Shown piece after piece: positions 52,164 to 63,839 of a DNA stretch of 64,000 nucleotides. The notes beneath the pieces are model-generated. The model had not been told where the DNA came from. It saw only the letters and a list, made by a program, of their open reading frames with translations, and ran no database searches. Both the position numbers and the translations under genes were made by a program. Position 1 is the first letter of the stretch, and each line of letters opens with the position of its first letter. Source of the DNA: a virus; the IMG/VR virus record IMGVR_UViG_3300001796_000002; one strand, given 5' to 3'.

Positions 52164-53932
52164 ACTATACACTTTGATGGTTAATGATGGTGTGGTCGTG
52201 GGGGTCAACCTTTACTCTTATTATATAAATATATTATTTTCTATAGAATTAATTACTACAGTTACTACAAAGTGTCTCAAATCCTTTATTCACGCTACTT
52301 TCATTTGTAGTAGGTGAAATTTTAGTGAATCTACTACAAGTTACTACACCTACTATAATTTCTGTAGTAGGAAAAACAGCCTGTAGTACCTGAAATTTTA
52401 CCACCTACTACACTTCAAACGCAATCCCATAAAGGATTTCAGAGGATGTAGTAGGTGAAGTAGGTGAAAATGACAAAAAAACTTTTTCAAAAACATTTTT
52501 TCACTGATTTTAACTACAAAATATTGCACCATAAGGTGTAATATTGTTGAGTTAAACAGCGAAAACATGGACAATCCCACTGAATCAAATATCACTACCG
52601 GTAGTGCTTCAGACCTTCAACCTGAAAGCCAAAACCCTGAACCTACAGTTCAGGATTCGATTATAACCACTGAACCTGAAAGTGGTGGATTTGCAAAGCC
52701 TGATCCTGAAAAAAATGGGCAAAGCATTGTTGTCACAAAACCCTCAGTTGTTCCACCGGTTGAAGTAAAACCAATTTCAAAAGTTGAGCGAACTGGAAGT
52801 AAAAGATTAACCATCACGGTTAACTTTTCACTGGATGAAGTTCCTTACATCAATGAAATTATTCAGGCTCGTATTGACAGTAAACTATCAAAAAATGCAA
52901 GCCACTTCATCAGGCAATGTGTAGACTTTGCAATTCACCATAAGGCAGGTACAAAAATCGCTATACCGGAAATTACACCTGTTGAAATCAAAGACGGATT
53001 TTATCACCCCTCAAAATAAATTATGAAACTGGAAGTACACAGCTTGCCGAATGGATCGTGTTCAGTGAACATGACACCGGAAGAAATGAAAACACTGCTA
53101 GAAAATCATCAGGTCATGTTGAAAGACTTGAAGATGATAAAGGAAAATGTAATGAAGGTGTCTGTTAATCTTGACCTTGTTGATGAAAACGGTGTATTCA
53201 GGGAAAAAATATCTATGATCAAACTTATGCCTAAAATAATGGGCTATATCACGAACACAGATAAGGCATTACTGGATTTCGGTTTTCTTCGTGAATTACT
53301 GCCATTGCTTCAACGATATCAAAACCTTTAAACATGAGTGAGCCAAGAGTAAGCGATAGCATTAGTAAACTTCTTATTGACGTTACAGTGCCAACAGAAG
53401 AAAAACAACCTCAGGTCATTGTTGCACCTGAAACTATTGTTGTGCCACCTGAAAATGCAAATACTGCATCCAATTCATCACCTGAAACTAATACACTTGT
53501 TCAGCAGCCTCAAACTGTGAAACCTCCTGTTACAGATGAAATGGTTGAAAACGGCGCGGAACTGGTTATAGGTATGTTTGATTTCAGTCAAAACAACTTG
53601 TTTAAGTTTTTTGTCAATAGGAAAAAGAACAATCGTATGGAAGCCTTGTTGGGTGAAAACCACAAGGATAAGTTGGAAACATTGATCAGTAATGTTGAAA
53701 GTGGAAAGAAAGCAGAGGAATTTAAACCGGAAGATTTGAGTGCTTTGCGATTGGAAAAAGATGTACAGACATTGCTGAAAGACCTGCCTTTGAGTGATCA
53801 GGAAAAAGAGTCATTAAAAAAACCACTGATGGCTATCATGAAAGCCAAAGGCGGTGTTATTCCGCCGGAATATTTACTCATACTTGCCATACTTCAAATA
53901 GCCGGTGGACGCACTGCTGAAACTGTTATGTT

Positions 53933-54487
53933 ATGACCAAAAGACTGAATAAATGTTTTCTGTTTATCGGTCGACGTGGTACCGGTAAAACAACTCTTGC
54001 GCGAAAGATGGCAAAGGCAATGGGTAGAAAGCTGATCATCATTGATACGGATGATCATCCGTCTTATTTAGATATTCCTGTGATCAGCCTTGAAAGACTA
54101 AAAACATTCACCGGTGAAGCGTGCCGCGTGATCGAAAGTGATATTGATCATGTATTCGTAATCTTGAATCAGTACCAAAGTAATGCAGTGGTGATCTGTG
54201 AAGATGCCAGTAAGTATATTACAGCCAACATCTCAAAAGCTGTTCGATCATTTTTGATCGACATGAGAAAAAGAAATTTTGATGTGATTATCATGTTTCA
54301 CTTTTTATCTGATGTGCCGCCATACATCTGCAAGCAATATGATCAGATGGTTCTATTCAAGACTGGTGATAATATCCAGGTAACACAAAACAAGTTTGCA
54401 AACTGGCATACCATCGTTACTAAGTTGAAGCGTATCCTTAAACACAAAGATTTTAACTACTGTGAGACTATTGCAATTGATGAGTGA
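53933..54487 (+). CDS. Packaging ATPase (copy 3)
   Basis: Copy of 15013..15567. Confidence 0.8.
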   Translation: MTKRLNKCFLFIGRRGTGKTTLARKMAKAMGRKLIIIDTDDHPSYLDIPVISLERLKTFTGEACRVIESDIDHVFVILNQYQSNAVVICEDASKYITANISKAVRSFLIDMRKRNFDVIIMFHFLSDVPPYICKQYDQMVLFKTGDNIQVTQNKFANWHTIVTKLKRILKHKDFNYCETIAIDE

Positions 54488-55096
54488 TCGACAGCACATA
54501 CAACCAAATACACTTGGTGCCATAGCTAAACGCTATGGAATGGACACTCGTACACTGAAAGGAATGATAAGGTTACATCCTGAATTATTACTAAAAGTTC
54601 AACCTTATTTTGACGCAAAAAAAAATCTGTTACCACCGATCATTGTTGAACTGATTTATACAACACTTGGAACACCTGAGTAGGTGTTTTAATTTTTCGC
54701 GTTACCAATCCCCCAATCATGCAGCCCTGTTTAAGGGCTGCTTTTTTTTGCATTGTTATGTACCTGTAAACATTCTGAAACATAATACAGCAAAGGGATA
54801 CATAATGATGAGCATGAATGAAACATAACAATCATTTTCACACTGCATAATCATTCAATCACTAAAAATTTTTAACCATGTTTGTTTCAAACTCCACCAA
54901 AGGTTCAGGGTTCATGAATGCCGGGATTCTTTTGCTGTTGGTTTTTGTAGCTGTACTGATCGCTCTGATGATCGTTAAGCTGAAAAAAGACCCGAAAGAT
55001 GCAGAGGCGCAACGCTTCACCCTGGGATTGAAAAAGAAATCAGCATAAGCCCATCCCATCAGTAAACCTCATTAACCTAACAAAAAAATTTTCGAC

Positions 55097-55747
55097 ATGG
55101 AACCAAGACCATACACAGGGAAAGGTGATGCCTTTCTCGATTTCAAAGGAAACGGTGTAGACTTTGGCAGTGAGTTGAACCTCGACAAAGTTTTCGCGTT
55201 CACCATTACCAACGCATCAGCAAACCCACAGGTTGTATTGCTGAACCCATCTTATTCACCCTCTGTTGTTGCCAGGGTAATTAAAACAGGTGCTATTCCT
55301 TATGCGGGCGGCGCAACTGATTTGACTGCTTTGGGATCACCTACAAGTATTGAAGAATTTTTGGCGTTCATCAAAGCAAACCCTACAGTGGTAGTAAAAA
55401 CAATGATTAAGAGTAATAACTCTGATCAGTTGGCGAAAGCATTGATTTTCGCAAAAAAATCTCCTTTCAAACTGCCTGATAGTGATCGTATCAATCTGTC
55501 ATCATTCCTGAGTGAGTTCGCGTCCAATGATAAATTGGCGACTGTAAAGCGTGAATATCAGTTGGATGATCAAACAGAACTTTCACTCGAGATTCCACCG
55601 GCTGTAGGTGCGGTTGCAACTGTAACCACAATCACATTCTATTGCGGCGCATCTCTGAACACGGCAAATGCTTTGGCTCAGAAGAAAGCACAGGCAATGT
55701 TGAATCCGGAAGTACAGACAACAAAAAGTGTAATCGCTGGACGATAG
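55097..55747 (+). CDS. Candidate major capsid protein (copy 3)
   Basis: Copy of 16177..16827. Confidence 0.55.
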   Translation: MEPRPYTGKGDAFLDFKGNGVDFGSELNLDKVFAFTITNASANPQVVLLNPSYSPSVVARVIKTGAIPYAGGATDLTALGSPTSIEEFLAFIKANPTVVVKTMIKSNNSDQLAKALIFAKKSPFKLPDSDRINLSSFLSEFASNDKLATVKREYQLDDQTELSLEIPPAVGAVATVTTITFYCGASLNTANALAQKKAQAMLNPEVQTTKSVIAGR

Positions 55748-56033
55748 TCCAAACAATTCATAATTAAAAGGGCAATGCCATCAGTGCCATTGCCCTTTTT
55801 TTTAAAACTGATCCAATGGCCAACGAAGCTGTAGAGGTTGGCATAGAAAAGATGATGTTTTTTTTCGGCACTGTCATCACTTTTCTGTTATCTATCATCA
55901 CTTTTTTTCTCATTCGATTCATCAATAACAGTGATGCTCAAATGAAGGAACTAAGAGACATGACATCCGACCACGAAACAAGAATTACAGTGCTAGAAAA
56001 AGAATAATTATTCACTCCAAAAAATCAAAAACG

Positions 56034-56708
56034 ATGAAACGTTTTTTCAGAAAAATATTAGCCTTTTTGGCTTCATTGTTTACCAACGTAAATGAATGGA
56101 TTTACGATCATGTTCAGCCATCCATTGAAATGGTTCAACGTCTCAAAAAAGCAGTTGAAAGTCCGTACGCAAACCTGATCACAACACTCATTCCAGGCAA
56201 CTGGGATAATATGTTACAGGAAGCTGCAATTAAGCTGTTGACAAAAGCTGTAGACAATCTGCGTATTACAGAAGACATCTATTTTGATGGTGACTGGACT
56301 AGCAAACTTGCAAAGCTCACAGAGTATCTACGTAATTCATCTAAACCGATGAGAGGGGCAATATACCACCAACTAGCAGTTGAACTTTCCAAACAAAGTG
56401 CATTCGCAAAAAAGTTACAGGAAGCTGAAGAAAAAGGCATTCCTGTTGAAGAAGTAAAGTTGGATGTAAAGGGACATAGCATTAGTCTGCTCACGCAAAT
56501 GCAATACAGCAAGTTGAAGGAAAAAGTTGAGGCGGCAGACCTTCCCGAAGTGGATCCATTTTTAGAGGCAAAAATCAACAATGGTGTTGATCAGTACAAC
56601 AAGACTTATGAGCGATACAAGCAGTTGTATCCGGATCATGATCCAACACAGGTTCACACCCTTGAAGAATTAAACCAACTGATTCAGGACGCGGAAGCGA
56701 AAGCCTGA
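56034..56708 (+). CDS. Hypothetical helical protein (copy 3)
   Basis: Copy of 17114..17788. Confidence 0.65.
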   Translation: MKRFFRKILAFLASLFTNVNEWIYDHVQPSIEMVQRLKKAVESPYANLITTLIPGNWDNMLQEAAIKLLTKAVDNLRITEDIYFDGDWTSKLAKLTEYLRNSSKPMRGAIYHQLAVELSKQSAFAKKLQEAEEKGIPVEEVKLDVKGHSISLLTQMQYSKLKEKVEAADLPEVDPFLEAKINNGVDQYNKTYERYKQLYPDHDPTQVHTLEELNQLIQDAEAKA

Positions 56709-57668
56709 TCCTATCAGTTGAATTGTCTCACACAAAACAGTTTTTATGTTACCAGTAGAATTACAACTTGAGCGCACTCAGGACGTATACGGCAACGATA
56801 ACGGTGACGGCTATTATCTTGGCGAAAACGGAGACGGTACAGGATCACCTTATTATACTATTGATTTTTCAGGTTACGGCAATGAAGGAACAGTTGTAAA
56901 AACTGTGAATACAGAAGCGCAGAGTACACCTGAAATTGTTCAGGCTACCGATTCCGAAAAAAAGAAATGGTATGATGTACTTGAACAGATTGGTGGAACC
57001 GCCGCGGGTTTGATCACTGCGATTAAATCTCCTGGAATGCCAGGTACTACAAGCCCCAACATCAATGGTTCGGTAGACATCACCGGTGATAACAAGTACA
57101 CACCTTCTGTTGATGATAAGAAGAAAAATAATACAGTATGGGTCATCCTTGTGATCATTCTGATTGCTGTATTGCTATACTTCGCATTCAAAAAAGATAA
57201 ATAACGCAGTCATGGCGAATATTCTTAAAGATACGCTTACACCAGGCAAGGGAAACAAAACGGTGAAAACCATCATCGTGATAGCTATTGTAATTGTGGT
57301 AATAGTCATTATCTACCAGATTTACAAAGCTATCACAGATAGTGGTAAGGCTTTGGGTGATATCATCGGAATGGAAATCATTGAACAAAAAACCGGTATT
57401 GTTCCTGCTCGTCAACGTGTATGTAAAGAAGTTGCAGAAAACTGCGAGAGTGCTATCACCCGTCTTTGGATTTTCGGTAACAAGTTATGGGTGAATGATG
57501 ATGAAATCGTAGACCAGTTGAACAAATTATTGACACCGGCTGAAGCTGCATTGACATCAGTTTTCTTCAAAGAACAATCAGGAGAAACTTTGAAGTCCAT
57601 CGTAGAGGGTGGCTATTTCGTAGAAAAAAACCGTAAACGAATTACCCTTCGTCAATACCTGGCATAAT

Positions 57669-58163
57669 ATGAGTCAAAAGAAACTGATCATCATCCTTGT
57701 AGTTGTAATCGTGATAGCTGTGATTACATGGTTTGTGTATAAGCATTACCAAAAACAGTTGCATAAGAAATTTCCGATTCGCAAAGGTAGTAAAGGGAAA
57801 GGTGTACAGTTCGTTCAGCTAACATTTGACGCACCATTAACCGGTGTATGGGATGATACGTTTAACGACCACGTGAAAAATCAAACCGGTAACGATTCAC
57901 TTGAGTGGTCAAAAAAGGATCTGTTTGATTACTGGTTTAAAACAGCACTAACATCTGAAACATTTCCACTGGTGCCGGGTCAATCTAGTGGATGGATTAT
58001 AGCAGTACAGGTGATGCTTGGAGCAAATAAGTTTACTGATTACTACGATCAGGATACGGTAACTCTGGTAAAAAAAGCCATCGGAAAGGATACAATATCC
58101 CTGATGGATTATCTCACAATCGGCGAAGATGTTTTTGGCATTGATGCAGCCGATTACAAATAA
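57669..58163 (+). CDS. Membrane protein with PG-binding-like repeats (copy 3)
   Basis: Copy of 18749..19243. Confidence 0.6.
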   Translation: MSQKKLIIILVVVIVIAVITWFVYKHYQKQLHKKFPIRKGSKGKGVQFVQLTFDAPLTGVWDDTFNDHVKNQTGNDSLEWSKKDLFDYWFKTALTSETFPLVPGQSSGWIIAVQVMLGANKFTDYYDQDTVTLVKKAIGKDTISLMDYLTIGEDVFGIDAADYK

Positions 58164-58361
58164 AAGTTATGGCAACCTTTTTTGATCAATTATTTAATCA
58201 GGGTAAGTTACCCGATATCAATGTTGAGGTTCAACTTGACAATGCAAGTGTTGTACGGCTTGGCGTTATGATCATGATTGTAATGCTGCTCACTATTCTG
58301 CTGTATGTGGTGATCCGCAAAAAGGCAGGTGTATAAATCTATTCACCTAAAAATTTATTTC

Positions 58362-58991
58362 ATGGCTATTTTTGCATTACCTACAGCCGCAGCTTTAACA
58401 AACGCAGCCACAAAAGCCGGTACGGATATATTCAATTCCATCTTATCAAAAAATGGAGTATCTCCATCTTTTTTTTCTACGTTCAAATTGTTGTCTTTTT
58501 TAGATAACAGTACATCACAGTGGAAAAGTAGACTTGCGAAACTTCGTGAGTTTACACCTGAAGGACGCATTTTATTCTACATTGATAAGATGCAGAATAA
58601 CCAACCGTTTCATGGTTCCTGTGTTCAATATGCAGAACTGTTCGGCACTTCGTATGACGGTAAATCCGGTTTGGATGATCGAGGTAAGGTATCGGTTGAA
58701 CTATTAGAAGTGTTTAACCTACTTGCAGACGAAAAATATTTTCGTGGCAAAGAAACTGCTACGGATGGTCATACTTATCAGCGTGCTAGAATTTTGAATC
58801 GCTTGGACATTGCTCCTGACTATGCTGCTGTTGTGCAAAAGAGACAAGCAGCATCGAGGTCTAACCTGGAAATTGCCAAAATAACCCCGGAAGGTGTTCC
58901 CGATAGCAATAGCAACATGATCTATATTCTTGTCGCCCTGGTTGTTATAGGTATCATCGCTTTTATTGTTTCAAAATCAAAAAAGGCATAA
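58362..58991 (+). CDS. C-terminally anchored membrane protein (last copy)
   Basis: Copy of 19442..20071. Confidence 0.75.
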   Translation: MAIFALPTAAALTNAATKAGTDIFNSILSKNGVSPSFFSTFKLLSFLDNSTSQWKSRLAKLREFTPEGRILFYIDKMQNNQPFHGSCVQYAELFGTSYDGKSGLDDRGKVSVELLEVFNLLADEKYFRGKETATDGHTYQRARILNRLDIAPDYAAVVQKRQAASRSNLEIAKITPEGVPDSNSNMIYILVALVVIGIIAFIVSKSKKA

Positions 58992-58992
58992 G

Positions 58993-59625
58993 ATGAATTT
59001 GATTAAAGGACTTGCAACGCTTACTGATCTGCTGCGCAATGAATACATTAGTTTGTTCAACAGAGCGCAAGTAAAGCCTACGAGTATTTCAAAGGTAGAA
59101 ACGGCTTACAGACAACTTGTATCCAATAAAGCACGCTATGAAGCTGTTGCCAATGCTTTTAAACTGCCTGGTGTACCCTGGTATCTTATTGGTTGTATTC
59201 ATATGCGTGAATCTTCATTTCGTTTTACCGGTCATCTTCACAATGGTGATCCGCTTACAGCGAAGACAAAAAATGTTCCATCAGGTAGACCATTGAACAG
59301 TCCTAAAGCAGGTATTGGTAAGCCATATACCTGGGAAGAATCTGCAATTGATGCTATTAGTTTAAAGTTATCCGGATCACCTTCATGGTACAATTATAAA
59401 AATGATAAAAGCACCGCAAGCCTGTTGAATAAATTAGAGGCTTTCAACGGTGCCGGTTATCGTAATAAAAATATTCCTTCCCCTTATCTGTGGGCAGATA
59501 GTACCATTCAAGTGCCTGGAAAGTTTGTAGCAGATGGACAATTTAATCCGTCTGTAGTTGATCAGCAGTTAGGAGCCGGTACGCTACTTAAATACTTCCT
59601 AGAACAGGAAGCAAAAAAAAAATAG
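58993..59625 (+). CDS. Lysozyme-family hydrolase (copy 4)
   Basis: Copy of 613..1245. Confidence 0.8.
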   Translation: MNLIKGLATLTDLLRNEYISLFNRAQVKPTSISKVETAYRQLVSNKARYEAVANAFKLPGVPWYLIGCIHMRESSFRFTGHLHNGDPLTAKTKNVPSGRPLNSPKAGIGKPYTWEESAIDAISLKLSGSPSWYNYKNDKSTASLLNKLEAFNGAGYRNKNIPSPYLWADSTIQVPGKFVADGQFNPSVVDQQLGAGTLLKYFLEQEAKKK

Positions 59626-59707
59626 CAGCCCCGTGGCTTGGCTTCTTAATTATGGCTATGCTGTTTCTGATCGTGTTTCTTTTTTTATCACGGGTCAATA
59701 AAAAGTA

Positions 59708-60097
59708 ATGGCAGATGTACATCAAATATTCAACGACACCACAAAAGACCTGCTGTTTGCAATCCTGACAGCATTAGGAGGCTCTATGATTGACGTTAAA
59801 GGAATTTATCATGATTCGAGAGATGACCTCTTATACGCGATACTAGAGCGTTTGGACGGTACCGCAGGACTGGTAAAAAAGGTTGCTGTATTTACAGTGA
59901 TTTCTAATATTGAAAACCGGTTTGTTTCAAACTACCAAAATATTGTAGGTGCTAACGGTGTACTGATTAATATCGGTAGCCAATTTGTTGATACCTCTAT
60001 AACAGACAACCGTTACGCTTTACCTAACCTGGAAACCGGTGATATTGATTTCCCGCCCTTGTATCAAGGTGAACAAGTAATCATTTTAAAATACTGA
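59708..60097 (+). CDS. Hypothetical structural protein (copy 4)
   Basis: Copy of 1328..1717. Confidence 0.6.
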   Translation: MADVHQIFNDTTKDLLFAILTALGGSMIDVKGIYHDSRDDLLYAILERLDGTAGLVKKVAVFTVISNIENRFVSNYQNIVGANGVLINIGSQFVDTSITDNRYALPNLETGDIDFPPLYQGEQVIILKY

Positions 60098-60099
60098 TC

Positions 60100-63000
60100 A
60101 TGAAAAGAATTTTGTTGATCCTAACCATGGCTATCAACGCATTTTTTTGCGTTATGGTCCATGGACAAACTGTACCTACTGAGCAACCGCAACGTGTACA
60201 GCATCCATACTACCAGTATGATGGATTTATTGAAGCAAAAAAAGGGATTTTGTTACCACGTAGGATAGCAAACTTTACACCTAAATCACCGGTGCTTATT
60301 TATGATACGGTGTCGGGAAAAGTGTCTGTTTACTTTGGTGGGTGGAAGTCATTCCAGAATGTGGCATATACATCGGACTACAACGATCTTATCAACCGTC
60401 CTGATCTTACTCAGTATGTTCCTACGAGTAGAACAATCAACGGTTATTCACTAACAAGCAATATCACCATAAACAAAGTGGATATTGGCTTAGGTAATGT
60501 TCAGAATGTTGATGTAACAAATGCAGGTAACATTACATCAGGCACTTTGTCCGATGCTAGGCTATCAGCCAATGTTACATTACAAGGGAATACATTCAAC
60601 GGTGCAAATCAGTTGTTACAATTGGATGCCGGTGGTAAGGTCGCTTACGCTAACTTACCGGCTTCACTGATGATCTATAAGGGTGTTTGGGATGCTTCAA
60701 CAAATACACCAACGCTTGCAGATGGATCAGGAGTGAATGGATGGGTGTATCGTGTGCATCCGGGGGGTACTGTAAATTTTGGTTCCGGTAACATCACATT
60801 TTTATCAGGGGACTATGTTATTTATAATGGATCAGTTTGGCAGAAAAGTGCCGGTGGTGATGCTGTAACATCTGTCAATGGTCAACAAGGTGTAGTTGTG
60901 TTAACTACTGCAAATATTGCGGAAGGTGGAACAAACTACTACTATACAAACACACGGGTACAAACATTTGGTGATACTAGGTATAGTCTGCTCAATCATG
61001 AACACGTCTATTCTGATATTGCTAATCTCAGCAGTTACACGGGTTTTGATGTTAGATACAAACCTATCAGTTATGTTCCTGCATGGTCTGAAATCACAGG
61101 TAAGCCATCATTTGCGACAGTAGCAATAAGTGGATCTTATACTGATTTAAGCGGAACGCCCACACTTGGTTCATTATCTGCACTCAGTAGTATTGGCAAC
61201 ACATATATCACAGATGTAGCCTGGTCAAAAGTAACCGGTGCTCCATCTTTTTTAACTACTGAAAATGATCCTGTTTATACTGCATCATCATGGTATAGCA
61301 CTACTAATAATGCAAGCAACTGGAATACAGCTTATGCATGGGGCAACTATGCGAATCGTACACTTACAATCAATGGCACAACCTATGATCTTTCAACCAA
61401 CAGATCGTGGTCTGTTGGAACTGTAACAGGAACAGGTACTTCTGGTAATATACCTCTTTGGAATAATGCTAGTGATATTGGAAATAGTGTAATGGTACAA
61501 AGTGGTGGGGCTATCTATAATTACGGAAGATTTCATGGACATACTGGAAATACTGGAACATCATATAGTAATATGCAGATAGAAGCATATAGCTCATCAG
61601 GCGCTACTGGTGTAGCAGGTTATTCGTTTCATATTGGAGGCTTTACTGCACAATCTTTGTATCTAACAGCAAGTGGAAATGTAACTTTAAGCACTGGTTT
61701 AAATATACAAGGTGCTGCATCTATCTCTGGTTCAACTTCAATATCTGGTCCTGCAAATATTACTGGAACTATACATGCTAATCAGGCGGGTGCAAATATT
61801 CGTCTTTACTCGGATGGCACAACAGCAAACGATGGTTTTGTGGGGGTTTCTGGTAGCAATATATACTTAACAAATTGGAATGGAACAAGGGGGGTTACTA
61901 TTGGAGCTGATAACGCAGGTTTTACTCATTCTGTAACAGCTGCAAACTTAGTAAACTCAAAAGGCTTTAGCGCATTAAATAAATCATCAAGTTCAGCAAA
62001 TGATGTTGTTACAGTTTATGCTCCAACAGGTGCAAGTTATTCTGATGATGGTAGTACGGGCGCAATTAAAATAAGACTTCCATTTAAGGCAGCGAACCCT
62101 ATGTGGACAATGAAAGTCAGAATTTACAACTATTCTACTCACCAAACTTCTGAATATCTTTTAGGAAACTATTCTTATTCTGATGGCGGTTATAATTATT
62201 CCGCTTCATTTTCTGGTGGTTCTAATGCCTCTCCACTAACTGTAAGATTTGGTAATGATGGAACGTATGATTGCGTATGGATTGGTGAAACAAATACTGT
62301 TTGGACATATCCAGTAATTAGTGTTGTTGATTACACTGCTGGATTTAGATCAGCTGGTGTATTTCAAGCTAAAGATTGGAATATATCCATAGTAACATCT
62401 TTTGGCACTGTGGCAGTTGCCACAAGTCCAGCCATTCGATTCTCAGATGTATATGCTTCATCGTTTAATGGTTCTGCATCAGGTTTAACAGGTACAGCTA
62501 GTAGTTTGACTGCTGGTAATAGTAACGGGTTAGGAGGATACTCTGTTAACTTAACTTCAAACGGAACAACTATTTCAAACACATTAATAGGTTTTGAAAG
62601 CGGTGTTATAAAACCATTTGCTTCTGGAGCAGTACAATCATTCTTAGGTCTTGGTTCTGCTGCATATACTGCAAGTTCTGCATATGAAGTACCTCTATCA
62701 TTTTCAACTGGACTTAACAGAAGTGGCAACACTATCACAAATACGGGTGTAACTTCTTTAACTGGAACATCGAACCAAATTGCGGTATCAGCTGCTACAG
62801 GATCAGTTACAGTAAGTCTTACCAACAATGTTGTAATACCAGGCACAATCACATCATCTGCTAGTTATGAAAGTTCAGACCGTAGGTTAAAACGAGCATT
62901 ATCCGGAACAAGGTTAATTGGTCAAATTGAATCGCTCCAGGCTCGGTTATATGTAAAGGATGGAAGGGATGAGTACGGATATTACGCTCAGGATGCACTG

Positions 63001-63144
63001 AAAATTATCCCTACAGCCGTAAAGCAGAGAGCAGATGGCTATTATGATCTGTCCTACACTCAGGTGTTCGTTGTAAAAATTGCATCACTTGAAAAACGTG
63101 TAGCGGAACTGGAAACATTACTTAAAAAAATCTACGGAAAATGA
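60100..63144 (+). CDS. Fibre/spike protein with S74-type chaperone (copy 4)
   Basis: Copy of 1720..4764. Confidence 0.85.
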   Translation: MKRILLILTMAINAFFCVMVHGQTVPTEQPQRVQHPYYQYDGFIEAKKGILLPRRIANFTPKSPVLIYDTVSGKVSVYFGGWKSFQNVAYTSDYNDLINRPDLTQYVPTSRTINGYSLTSNITINKVDIGLGNVQNVDVTNAGNITSGTLSDARLSANVTLQGNTFNGANQLLQLDAGGKVAYANLPASLMIYKGVWDASTNTPTLADGSGVNGWVYRVHPGGTVNFGSGNITFLSGDYVIYNGSVWQKSAGGDAVTSVNGQQGVVVLTTANIAEGGTNYYYTNTRVQTFGDTRYSLLNHEHVYSDIANLSSYTGFDVRYKPISYVPAWSEITGKPSFATVAISGSYTDLSGTPTLGSLSALSSIGNTYITDVAWSKVTGAPSFLTTENDPVYTASSWYSTTNNASNWNTAYAWGNYANRTLTINGTTYDLSTNRSWSVGTVTGTGTSGNIPLWNNASDIGNSVMVQSGGAIYNYGRFHGHTGNTGTSYSNMQIEAYSSSGATGVAGYSFHIGGFTAQSLYLTASGNVTLSTGLNIQGAASISGSTSISGPANITGTIHANQAGANIRLYSDGTTANDGFVGVSGSNIYLTNWNGTRGVTIGADNAGFTHSVTAANLVNSKGFSALNKSSSSANDVVTVYAPTGASYSDDGSTGAIKIRLPFKAANPMWTMKVRIYNYSTHQTSEYLLGNYSYSDGGYNYSASFSGGSNASPLTVRFGNDGTYDCVWIGETNTVWTYPVISVVDYTAGFRSAGVFQAKDWNISIVTSFGTVAVATSPAIRFSDVYASSFNGSASGLTGTASSLTAGNSNGLGGYSVNLTSNGTTISNTLIGFESGVIKPFASGAVQSFLGLGSAAYTASSAYEVPLSFSTGLNRSGNTITNTGVTSLTGTSNQIAVSAATGSVTVSLTNNVVIPGTITSSASYESSDRRLKRALSGTRLIGQIESLQARLYVKDGRDEYGYYAQDALKIIPTAVKQRADGYYDLSYTQVFVVKIASLEKRVAELETLLKKIYGK

Positions 63145-63815
63145 AAAAGCTAATCACGATCTGTGCGCTGATCCTGATCACTGCACTATGTTCATTCACC
63201 ACTCACTTTTTCTCCTGGGCATCACTTGCAAGCAATCAACATATTTCGCTGAATAACTTGAAGGATGCAGTAGACAATGGCGTATTCAACTTAAAAAATG
63301 CGATACCTGCCGGCACGAAGCTGATTACAAAAAATGATGCAGTGTACTACGTGTACCTGAATGAATCCTATTCCCCATATGCAGGTAAAGCAAGCAATCA
63401 GCATGTAACAAAATCTGATCTGCAAGCAAATACAACTTATACACTTCATGTCTACGGTGTACCTGGTGTTGGTTGTCAAGATGCTGTATTATGGCTAGTG
63501 GCTAACACTACCGTTCCATGCGATGCATCATTACAGTTTGATTGGTGTGCAGATAATGGTTCAACAGGTACACATACACTTACGATCCCATCCGGACAAA
63601 CATCTGTAAGCCTTAACGTGAATACCGGTGATTATGGCGGTACCGGTTGCGTTGGTACGGATGTTCGCATCAAACCCAACAGTTTATCATTTAGCAATAC
63701 CTGTAGTCCCGATCCACACACTTGGCGTGTTACATCGGATACATGGGATAATGGATGTAACTATTCGCTACCGGCAAGTACACAAGTGATCTGTGTAAAA
63801 GGTTGCCCTATTTAA
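63141..63815 (+). CDS. Secreted Cys-rich protein (copy 4)
   Basis: Copy of 4761..5435. Confidence 0.7.
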   Translation: MKKLITICALILITALCSFTTHFFSWASLASNQHISLNNLKDAVDNGVFNLKNAIPAGTKLITKNDAVYYVYLNESYSPYAGKASNQHVTKSDLQANTTYTLHVYGVPGVGCQDAVLWLVANTTVPCDASLQFDWCADNGSTGTHTLTIPSGQTSVSLNVNTGDYGGTGCVGTDVRIKPNSLSFSNTCSPDPHTWRVTSDTWDNGCNYSLPASTQVICVKGCPI

Positions 63816-63839
63816 TGTAAATTTTAAAACCATCATAAC

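Larger units (their letters stand above)
38921..58380. mobile_element. Phage genome unit, copy 3
   Basis: Same ORF set at +38920. Confidence 0.85.
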